A stretch of DNA of 64,000 nt from contig JBBDTI010000072.1 in NCBI GenBank assembly GCA_040904565.1, positions 9,022 through 73,021 on the forward strand, read 5' to 3'. Positions 56,520 through 64,000 of the stretch are shown here, one piece after another (position 1 is the first letter of the stretch; the number at the start of each line of letters is the position of its first letter). The position numbers and the translations under genes were made by a program. Origin of the DNA: Rhodothermales bacterium. GTDB taxonomy: Bacteria > Bacteroidota > Rhodothermia > Rhodothermales > VXPQ01. Under the pieces are notes generated by a model, which was not told where the DNA came from, ran no database searches, and saw only the letters and a list, made by a program, of their open reading frames with translations.

Positions 56520-56990
56520 CTAGGCCGGCTCGAGGGCGAACTGCAGTTCGATCGGGTCTTCCAGCCGGAAGTAATCCGCAAACGACATGCGGATGAGCTC
56601 CGTGTGGGAGCCCGCGTTGAAGGCGATCTCCTCATCCTCTGCCAGCACGGCGGCCATGAACGTCTTCATTCCGTACAGACTGCCGAACGGCGGCATCGCT
56701 CCCACCTCGCAGTCGGGGAAAAGCTCCTTGAAGTCATCCTCCGACGCCAGTTCGACGCTCTCCGCTCCCGTACGGTCCCGAAGCCGATTCAGATCCACCT
56801 GATACGACGCAGGAAGCACGGTCATCGCCATCTCTCCATCAACCTTAACCATGACGGTCTTCGCCATTTCCTTTCCCGGAATATGCGCCGAAGCGGCGAC
56901 TTCCTGCGCCGTGAAAGCACGTGAATGTTTGATGACGACAAACTTTACGCCCTCTTCGTCGAGATATGATGTCAATTTTTCGATCGGCAT
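56520..56990 (-). CDS. YbaK/EbsC (aminoacyl-tRNA deacylase-like) family protein
   Basis: MAKTV, LASE, CEVGAMPPFG, FNAGSH. Confidence 0.9.
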   Translation of the reverse strand: MPIEKLTSYLDEEGVKFVVIKHSRAFTAQEVAASAHIPGKEMAKTVMVKVDGEMAMTVLPASYQVDLNRLRDRTGAESVELASEDDFKELFPDCEVGAMPPFGSLYGMKTFMAAVLAEDEEIAFNAGSHTELIRMSFADYFRLEDPIELQFALEPA

Positions 56991-57471
56991 GGCCGTCCTC
57001 CGGGATCGCTATGTAGACATTCTGTGAGTCTCGCATGGTGCGGCCGGGCAGGTCCCTCCGCCGTTTCGACGCGCACGGACGAAAACCCCCGGTCGGCTTA
57101 ACGTACCACGCTCAATAGTCATAGACCGTATAGTTTTACACCGGCCGAACATCCGCAGGTTTTTCGCCGCGGCGTCGACTTTGCAACGTCACTGTAACGA
57201 CGTGCACATGTTATCCCGGCCTGATCCGTCGAGTTAAACATCCAGCGCTCGCTCTAGAGGATGTCTGCATGTCCGAATTACGGCAGCTGCCGTCCGATTT
57301 ACGACACAGGTTTCACACGAGATTAGGTATAGAATGGTCTGAAATCGACGATACGAGTGAATGAAGGGGCCCAAGGGCTTCATCATCACCCTCACGGGGA
57401 TACCCCGCAACGCTCAGACCTGTCCCGCGCGGTCATCTGACCTGGCGCGCGACGATACTACGGCGCGATAC

Positions 57472-59055
57472 ATGGAATACGTCTCGGACAGAGAAGTAAA
57501 CGATAAGGCACGCCAGGCGGTCGAGGCAGCCATCGTCACGCTCGCCGCCTGTACGTATGCCGTAGCCTTCCCGACGATGTACCGCGGTATAGGTCCTGGT
57601 ACGGGCGCGCTGGCCGTACTCCCGGTCATTCTTATTTCGTGGTTCTGGGGCTTCCGCGTCGGTGTGTCGGCCTCCGTCATGGCCGGACTCGTTCTCAACC
57701 CTATCCTCTTCTATCGATTCGAATCCGGCGCGGATGTACTTACCGTGCTGATCCATTCCCTGCCATATTTTATCGCCGTTCTGATCATCGCCGCGTTGAC
57801 CGGCCGGCTCCGCGACGTACGGGTGCGTCTCTCACATATGCTGTCGGACCACAACAAGCGGCAGCTGGAATCGGAGCGAGAAGCGCGGGAAAAGGTCGAA
57901 GAGCTGCTGAAGCTCAAATCGGCCTTCCTGAATAATATGAACCACGAACTGCGTACGCCGCTGACGGGAATCCTTGGCTTTGCCGAAATACTTAGCGAGG
58001 AGGTCCCCCCCAAATTCCAAGAATTCGCCCTCCGCATCGTTTCATCCGGACAGCGGCTGCAGGAGACGCTGAACTCGATTCTTGACCTTGCTCAGCTCGA
58101 AGGCGGCAGCCTGGAGCTGGAGCCGGTGGTGGTCGACGTGGCGTCGTGTGTGCCGCAATCAGCGTCCCGCTACCGCGCACAGGCGGAGAAGAAGCAGGTC
58201 GATTTCGACATCTCGACGCCTTCCCACCGCGTCGAATCGAGTCTTGACCGGGCTTCGCTCGACCGCATCGTCAAGAGTCTGGTAGATAACGCCATCAAGT
58301 TCACGGACGAAGGTGCCGTCTCCGTCAGCATTTCCAGCGAAGCCGGCCATGCCGTGATCCGCGTGAAGGACACCGGCATCGGCATCAGCGCAGGATTCCT
58401 GCCGCATATGTTCTCTGAATTCAGGCAGGAATCGATCGGCACCGCCCGGTCCTACGAGGGCAGCGGCCTCGGACTTGCCATCACGAAAAGGCTCGTCGAA
58501 CTGATGGGAGGCCACATCGAGGTGGAAAGCGAGCAGGGCCGCGGCAGCACGTTCACCGTCGCTTTTCCCCTCTGTCATCATAACGAGCTGCACGCCCCCG
58601 TACAGGTTACAGAGACCCTATCGGCAACAATGAACGCCACGGCAGCGCGCAGCGACACGTCTCACCGGGTTCTGATCCTCGACGACAACGCGGACACACT
58701 GACCTTGACACAGCATCAGTTGCGCGGACTCTTCACCGTACAGACGGAGGAAGACGCCGACGCCGCCCTTGCAGCAGCCCGGTCGGAACGGTTCGACGCC
58801 GTGTTGCTGGACATCAACCTGGGTGGAGGCCACGACGGCGTCGACGTCCTTCACGCCATCCGCGAGATGGATGCGTACAAGGAAACGCCCATCGTCGCCA
58901 TGACGGCCTATGCCTTGCCCGGAGACGAGGACCGGTTTCTAGACGCCGGATTCGACGGGTATTTAAGCAAACCCTTTACTAAGCAAGAGATTACGGACGC
59001 CATCCGTAATGTTCTGCATGAGCGTCCGAGCCGCCCCGCCGGCGTCCATTTCTGA
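57472..59055 (+). CDS. Membrane-bound hybrid histidine kinase (TM-HisKA-HATPase-REC)
   Basis: About 4 TM helices, MNHELRTPLTG, DNAIKFT, DTGIG, GSGLGL, LLDINL, SKP. Confidence 0.92.
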   Translation: MEYVSDREVNDKARQAVEAAIVTLAACTYAVAFPTMYRGIGPGTGALAVLPVILISWFWGFRVGVSASVMAGLVLNPILFYRFESGADVLTVLIHSLPYFIAVLIIAALTGRLRDVRVRLSHMLSDHNKRQLESEREAREKVEELLKLKSAFLNNMNHELRTPLTGILGFAEILSEEVPPKFQEFALRIVSSGQRLQETLNSILDLAQLEGGSLELEPVVVDVASCVPQSASRYRAQAEKKQVDFDISTPSHRVESSLDRASLDRIVKSLVDNAIKFTDEGAVSVSISSEAGHAVIRVKDTGIGISAGFLPHMFSEFRQESIGTARSYEGSGLGLAITKRLVELMGGHIEVESEQGRGSTFTVAFPLCHHNELHAPVQVTETLSATMNATAARSDTSHRVLILDDNADTLTLTQHQLRGLFTVQTEEDADAALAAARSERFDAVLLDINLGGGHDGVDVLHAIREMDAYKETPIVAMTAYALPGDEDRFLDAGFDGYLSKPFTKQEITDAIRNVLHERPSRPAGVHF

Positions 59056-59191
59056 GTCTCGTTTCGCAACACGTCTCGTTATGAAGTACGACACATCGCC
59101 ATTTTTAGCCATTTTAGGGGGGTTCCAAAAAAAGGTCTGGATTTTGCGATCAGCTGCGGAAGGATAACCAGGATGATCTTTCTGCAGCCAG

Positions 59192-60601
59192 ATGAACGTG
59201 ATTGCATTCCACCTACTGATCGGACTCACCGGCTTGATGGATGCCGCGGCGGACGCGCCACCGACGCTCGTCGGCGCCACGCTGTTCGCCGTAGCCGCCT
59301 TCGTCGCCCTTTGCATGGCCCGTACGACGGCGCCTGGAGAAGAACGCGAGGTCGAGTCCGACGCTGCCCCAACCAAACGACGCTCGGCCCCCGGTGAGCC
59401 TCGCGCCACCCGCCGCCGTCGCATCGCCGTACCTGCCGAAGACGAACGTGCCCCGCGTCCCGGCCCCGCAGCCGACCGCCACACGGTCCTGGTCGTCGAC
59501 GACAACGCCACGGTGATTCGCTTTGTCGAGCGAGCGCTCGGTGACGCGTTTACCGTCATCTCCGCCAGAAACGGCCGCGAAGCGCTGGAGGTCGCCGCCG
59601 GCGCCATCCCCGACCTCATCATTAGCGATATCATGATGCCGGTAATGGATGGTCACGAGCTCTGCCGAACGGTGAAGGATGACCCCGTACTGCGTCACAT
59701 TCCCGTCGTGCTCCTGACGGCACTCGTGTCCCAGAACGATCTCATCGAAGGGCTGGAACTGGGCTCCGACGATTACATCTTTAAACCGTTTAACGCGAGA
59801 GAGCTCAAGGCTCGCGTCCGCAATCTGATCGCGGCACGCGAGGAACAGCGCCGACTGGCGATCGAGAATCGTGAGCTTGTCTCGGTCAGCGAGCGCAAAT
59901 CCGATCTGATCAACATCGCCGCGCACGATCTCAAGAATCCGCTCACGGCCATACGCGAGCTAGCCGACATCCTCAAGGAAGAGGTAGGCGAACATTCCGA
60001 GGCGTTCGAGCCCGCCGACCTGATCCATCATTCCTCCGATCAGATGCTGGCGCTTATCGCCTCCCTTCTCGAATCCGAAGCGATCGAGGACGGACGCATT
60101 CCGCTGCACCCACAGTCCATGGACCTGACTGAGGCCGCGGCAGACGTGGTCCGACGGAATGACTTCCTGGCCGGACGAAAAGGTCAGACCATCGAGCTGA
60201 CGTTGCCCTCCGGCGATGCAGGCGAGCGCCTGCACGTCTACGCCGACCCTCACCTCCTCGTCGAAGCGATGGACAACCTCATCAACAACGCGGTGAAGTA
60301 CTCGCCGCCAGGCGCCACCGTCCGCGTGCGCGTCCGATCCGATAAGGACGACGTTCTATTCTCCGTAGAGGACGAGGGGCCCGGCATTCCGTCGGACGAA
60401 CAGCACCTCCTCTTCCAGAAGTTCCAACCGCTGTCCACACAACCAACGGCCGGAGAGACCTCGACCGGACTGGGGCTCTCCATCGTCAAGCAGATTGTAG
60501 ATCTGCACGAAGGCACCATCGAAGTGCGGAGCGCACCCGGCGCGGGCAGCACGTTTTCTATCAGGCTGCCTGCCGAACTGGCCCATTGGGCCGTCACATA
60601 G
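59192..60601 (+). CDS. Hybrid REC-HisKA-HATPase kinase
   Basis: VVDDN, SDIMMP, FKPF, AAHDLKNPL, NNAVKYS, DEGPG, TGLGL. Start uncertain. Confidence 0.9.
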   Translation: MNVIAFHLLIGLTGLMDAAADAPPTLVGATLFAVAAFVALCMARTTAPGEEREVESDAAPTKRRSAPGEPRATRRRRIAVPAEDERAPRPGPAADRHTVLVVDDNATVIRFVERALGDAFTVISARNGREALEVAAGAIPDLIISDIMMPVMDGHELCRTVKDDPVLRHIPVVLLTALVSQNDLIEGLELGSDDYIFKPFNARELKARVRNLIAAREEQRRLAIENRELVSVSERKSDLINIAAHDLKNPLTAIRELADILKEEVGEHSEAFEPADLIHHSSDQMLALIASLLESEAIEDGRIPLHPQSMDLTEAAADVVRRNDFLAGRKGQTIELTLPSGDAGERLHVYADPHLLVEAMDNLINNAVKYSPPGATVRVRVRSDKDDVLFSVEDEGPGIPSDEQHLLFQKFQPLSTQPTAGETSTGLGLSIVKQIVDLHEGTIEVRSAPGAGSTFSIRLPAELAHWAVT

Positions 60602-60661
60602 GGATGTACCTGAAGGGCGGGTATGGGTACGTGGCCACTAAATGACGTTAGTGTATGACAT

Positions 60662-60720
60662 TAGTCGGCGGCACCGGACGAACGCAGAACTAACGGTCCG
60701 TCCGGCGCCAGGCCCGACTA
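60662..60720. terminator. Long imperfect inverted repeat between convergent genes
   Basis: TAGTCGG-CGGCACCGGACG...CGTCCGGCGCCAGGC-CCGACTA. Confidence 0.55.
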
Positions 60721-60772
60721 ATGGTCACCACCACCATGCCCACCACAGGCACTCAGTGGCTCGCGACGTGTG

Positions 60773-60994
60773 TCACGAGCCGATTTTGTAAGCGAACATA
60801 TTCGACGTCCGGTCGCCGCCGGAACGTTCGACACTATAGTCGACACCCTGCGCGCTTCGTTCGATCGTAATCTCGATCGGCTCTCCCGCGTCCTCGTACG
60901 CCATCGCTTGCTCGGCAACATCCGAACAACTCGACGGAGTAAGTGACACGGCTACCAGCACGACGACGGCACATATGTAGCGGCAAAGTGTCAT
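60773..60994 (-). CDS. Small hypothetical exported protein (73 aa)
   Basis: Hydrophobic N-terminal signal-like stretch with a Cys, then an acidic beta-rich segment. Confidence 0.45.
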   Translation of the reverse strand: MTLCRYICAVVVLVAVSLTPSSCSDVAEQAMAYEDAGEPIEITIERSAQGVDYSVERSGGDRTSNMFAYKIGS

Positions 60995-61391
60995 CTCAAT
61001 GTATTCCCGTAGTTCTTCCTACGTCAGCGTTCTTCATGCAGCGAGCCACCTGCTTCCGGTGACGTCCCCGCTGCTGTACGATGGAATGAACAAGGGGCAT
61101 ACCAACTTGAGGCAGAAAGGCAGATAAATCACAAAAGCGTCGATTTTAAGCCATATAGGCACATTTTCTTACGTTGCCCGGATGCTCTTCCTACAGGGCG
61201 CGCGGCCGGGTCGCACTTCGATACGTAAAGGCACGAGTAATTTCGTAACGAATCCGACCCTCTTCGCGGCTGCTCGACACTTTGTTCGTGGGGATGGATA
61301 CAAGGGATCGAAGGTCCGTTGCGTCAGTCAGCGAGCCATACAATCCGTGATTGGCTATCCTGCGGACCCACCCTCACGAATTCGCCCCTCT

Positions 61392-62837
61392 ATGCGTCCC
61401 TCCAAGCGCACGTCGATCGTCTGGATTGACCGCGACACCCGTCTTCGCGACAACGCAGCACTCTTCCAAGCCTTCGAAGAGCAGGACCGCGTCGTCCCCG
61501 TCTACGTGCACGCCCCCGAATCGGAAGGCGACGCCGCGCCCGACGCCGCGTCGAGGTGGTGGAGGCATCATTCGCTGGCCGCTTTCGACGGCGCGCTGCG
61601 CGCACGGTCCTCCAGGCTTACGATCCGGCGTGGCGATCCGCTCGAGGAGATCCAGCGCGTAGCCGAAACGACGCGTGCGCGTGCGGTATACTGGAACGAG
61701 CGCCTGACGCCTGCATCCCGCCGCCGCGACGCGCACGTTCGAACCGCCCTGCGCGAGGACGGGCTCGACGTGCGGATATTTCGTGGACCCATCGTTCACG
61801 ATCCCGATCGTATCCGGACCACGTCCGGAGGTCCATATCACGTCTTCACGCCTTTCTGGAAGAAACTGAAGCAAGAGATCTCGGAGGTGCGCCCGCTCCC
61901 CGCCCCGCCTGTCGGACCGGGTAGTGCGCCCCATGCGTGGCCGGAAAGCCTGTCGGTCGACGATCTCGATCTGCTGCCTCGTGCGAACTGGGACGCGGGC
62001 CTCCACGCACACTGGACGCCCGGCGAGGAGGCCGGACTCGACCGCCTCGAAGCATTCATCGACGCAGACCTGCTCGACTACGAGACCGTACGCGACCGCC
62101 CCGACCTGCATGCCACCTCACAGCTTTCACCGTACCTCGCGCACGGCGACGTCGGCATTCGAGAGGTATGGGCGAGCGTCGACGATTGGGTGCAGAACGG
62201 CGTGATGCGCGCGGCCGCCGATGCGTTCCTCCGACAGCTGGCGTGGCGCGAGTTCTCCTATCACATGCTGTACCATTACCCGGATACCACGTCCGAACCG
62301 CTGAAATCGAAATTTCAAGATTTTGAATGGGTGGATGACGACGAGCTCCTCGAACGGTGGCAGAGCGGGCGTACGGGCTTCCCGATCGTCGACGCCGGCA
62401 TGCGGCAGCTCTGGTCCATCGGATGGATGCACAACCGCATTCGCATGATCGCGGCCTCCTTCCTCACGAAAGACCTTCGCGTTCGATGGCAGAAGGGCGC
62501 CGCATGGTTCCGGGACACGCTCGTCGACGCCGATCTGGCGAACAACACGATGGGCTGGCAGTGGTCGGCGGGATCGGGAGCCGACGCACAGCCCTTCTTC
62601 CGGATCTTCAATCCGGTTACGCAGGGCGCGCGGTTCGATCCTGAGGGCGCATTCGTGCGTCGGTGGATCCCTGAGCTGAGCGAACTGCCTGCCGATTGCA
62701 TCCATAGGCCCTGGACCGCGTCGGAAGAGGCGCTCGCGCAGGCAAACGTCACGCTCGGCGAGACCTATCCCTATCCCATCGTCGATCACGGGATGGCTCG
62801 AAAAGCTGCGCTGAAGGCCTACGAGGCCGTAAAGTAG
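61392..62837 (+). CDS. phrB: Deoxyribodipyrimidine photolyase (class I CPD)
   Basis: RLRDN.AL, VFTPFW, TSQLSPYL, QLAWREF, GRTGFPIVDAGMRQL, GWMHNRIRM, DADLANN, FFRIFNP. Confidence 0.95.
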   Translation: MRPSKRTSIVWIDRDTRLRDNAALFQAFEEQDRVVPVYVHAPESEGDAAPDAASRWWRHHSLAAFDGALRARSSRLTIRRGDPLEEIQRVAETTRARAVYWNERLTPASRRRDAHVRTALREDGLDVRIFRGPIVHDPDRIRTTSGGPYHVFTPFWKKLKQEISEVRPLPAPPVGPGSAPHAWPESLSVDDLDLLPRANWDAGLHAHWTPGEEAGLDRLEAFIDADLLDYETVRDRPDLHATSQLSPYLAHGDVGIREVWASVDDWVQNGVMRAAADAFLRQLAWREFSYHMLYHYPDTTSEPLKSKFQDFEWVDDDELLERWQSGRTGFPIVDAGMRQLWSIGWMHNRIRMIAASFLTKDLRVRWQKGAAWFRDTLVDADLANNTMGWQWSAGSGADAQPFFRIFNPVTQGARFDPEGAFVRRWIPELSELPADCIHRPWTASEEALAQANVTLGETYPYPIVDHGMARKAALKAYEAVK

Positions 62838-62838
62838 C

Positions 62839-63750
62839 CTATCGCATTCCGTACGGCGTCGGCTCGAGGGACTGTAGATGCAGCCAGAGGGCACGTATCT
62901 CCGTGTCCGTCATCTGAGAGGTCAGCTGCACCGGCATAAAGGGATCGATCTCCGTGCCGTCGGGCCGGATCCCCTCGCGCATCGCGCGGGTAAAGTCGCC
63001 CTCCGACCAGGTACCCAGCCCCGTCTCCGGATCCGGGGTCAGATTGGCCCCCGGTGGAAACTCCGGTGGCGCCCCGGGTATCGGTCCGCCGGCGAGCCCG
63101 TGTCCGTGACATCCAAAGCACCCCGTTGCCAGATATCCCCCGAACTCCGCCGTGGGGGCTTCCTCGACGCGGTCGGGCGGACGAAGGTTCTCGTGATCGA
63201 CGAGCTCCGCAGGCACGAGCTCCATCTGGCCGGCCAGGAAGAGCAGGCGTCCGACCGGACCGATCGTCGTTTCGGGGATCTCCCGGTCTACGGGCGGAAC
63301 GCTCTTGACATATGCAATCAGGTCGTTGATATCCTCATTGCTCAGCACCTGGTATTCCTGCGCGGGCATAAACATCAGCCCCCTATCGTCGACGCCGATA
63401 CCGTGCCGGATGGCCCGCACCCAGAGCTCGTCCGACTGATAGAGCGGCGCCTTCCCGCCCTCACCCGAGGTCAGATTGGTGGCATACAGCATGGCTACCG
63501 GAGGTGCCTCAATGACCGGACCGCCTCCCAGATCGGCCCCGTGGCAGTCCACACACCCGCGAATCGTCGCGATGTGCGCGCCGCGGGCCAACGATGCCGA
63601 ATCAGCTTCAAGGGAGAAGGGTGCCGGGGAGAACGCATAGGTTGCGTTAAATCGGGCGTTCGTCAGAAGGTAAACGGCCGCGGCGGCCGCCACGATCAAG
63701 ATGACGATGCTCGCAATAACGATACCGACCCATCTCAGGGCTCGACGCAT
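62839..63750 (-). CDS. Membrane-anchored di-haem c-type cytochrome
   Basis: N-terminal TM helix; CVDCH and CFGCH; NLT(S/P) motifs; distal Met in FMP. Confidence 0.9.
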   Translation of the reverse strand: MRRALRWVGIVIASIVILIVAAAAAVYLLTNARFNATYAFSPAPFSLEADSASLARGAHIATIRGCVDCHGADLGGGPVIEAPPVAMLYATNLTSGEGGKAPLYQSDELWVRAIRHGIGVDDRGLMFMPAQEYQVLSNEDINDLIAYVKSVPPVDREIPETTIGPVGRLLFLAGQMELVPAELVDHENLRPPDRVEEAPTAEFGGYLATGCFGCHGHGLAGGPIPGAPPEFPPGANLTPDPETGLGTWSEGDFTRAMREGIRPDGTEIDPFMPVQLTSQMTDTEIRALWLHLQSLEPTPYGMR

Positions 63751-63857
63751 GGGGGATGCCTCGTAGTAGTCCTTTTGTTAGGGTATAGCTAGGTAGTTCG
63801 GGTACAGCTATGAGAGTCCTGGAAGACGCTGCAGGCGCCTGTCATCGGATCCTGCTC

Positions 63858-64000
63858 TTATTCGCAGTTAAAGCCGCCGATTTCATTCGGGTCCGGCGAA
63901 AAGGAAACAACGTTTGAACCCGCCGGAGCCGTAGCGGTCCGCGTATCGACGTTGTCACCGTACGTTGCACGGAACTCATATTCCTCGCCCGGCACCAGCG
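63858..64000 (-). CDS. 3' end of a gene entering from the window edge
   Basis: Open frame LVPGEEYEFRATYGDNVDTRTATAPAGSNVVSFSPDPNEIGGFNCE*, resembling a fibronectin/Ig-like strand pattern. Confidence 0.55.
   Translation of the reverse strand, partial: LVPGEEYEFRATYGDNVDTRTATAPAGSNVVSFSPDPNEIGGFNCE

Noticed and set aside
56991-57471. ~480-nt intergenic region as a possible ncRNA
   Set aside because: Only short hairpins and no recognisable RNA family; consistent with divergent promoters.
60725-60775. TGA readthrough (selenocysteine) or frameshift extension of the 73-aa ORF
   Set aside because: Readthrough gives only HTSRATECLWWAWWW, with no redox motif or homology support.

Overview
GC-rich bacterial chromosomal segment, densely coding, with about 53 genes. 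The short RpoD-type sigma factor, the many lipoproteins and Tat proteins, and the TetR-TolC-HlyD-ABC layout suggest Rhodothermales or a Bacteroidota relative (inference). I found no rRNA, tRNA, CRISPR array, integrase or transposase. Main blocks: (1) a co-directional minus-strand block of about 17 kb encoding a CheB-CheR-PAS-HisKA_3 kinase, two response regulators, an MlaE/F/D + PqiC-like (MCE) ABC system and a ~2890-aa cyclic beta-1,2-glucan synthase-like protein, bracketed by two paralogous Tat-exported TIM-barrel sugar enzymes; (2) a stress-type cluster (sigma factor, Tex, Dabb, FBPase, YbhB, and a PolX-like HhH protein with no polymerase domain); (3) a DUF1858 / ArsR-rhodanese / fatty-acid hydroxylase operon with a palindromic operator; (4) a CDP-alcohol phosphatidyltransferase paired with a Na+/solute symporter; (5) a core MetE-like protein, MBL hydrolase, GalM, and MsrA with a small Grx-like partner; (6) a TetR-controlled tripartite ABC efflux operon; (7) three hybrid kinases, a TPR/FG-GAP/ASPIC-UnbV protein, YbaK, a photolyase and a di-haem cytochrome c. 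Two ~70-aa unannotated ORFs 34 kb apart appear to be paralogues. Two genes (GH43 and a PorT-like OMP) are truncated. All product calls come from motif recognition by eye, and many start codons are estimates.
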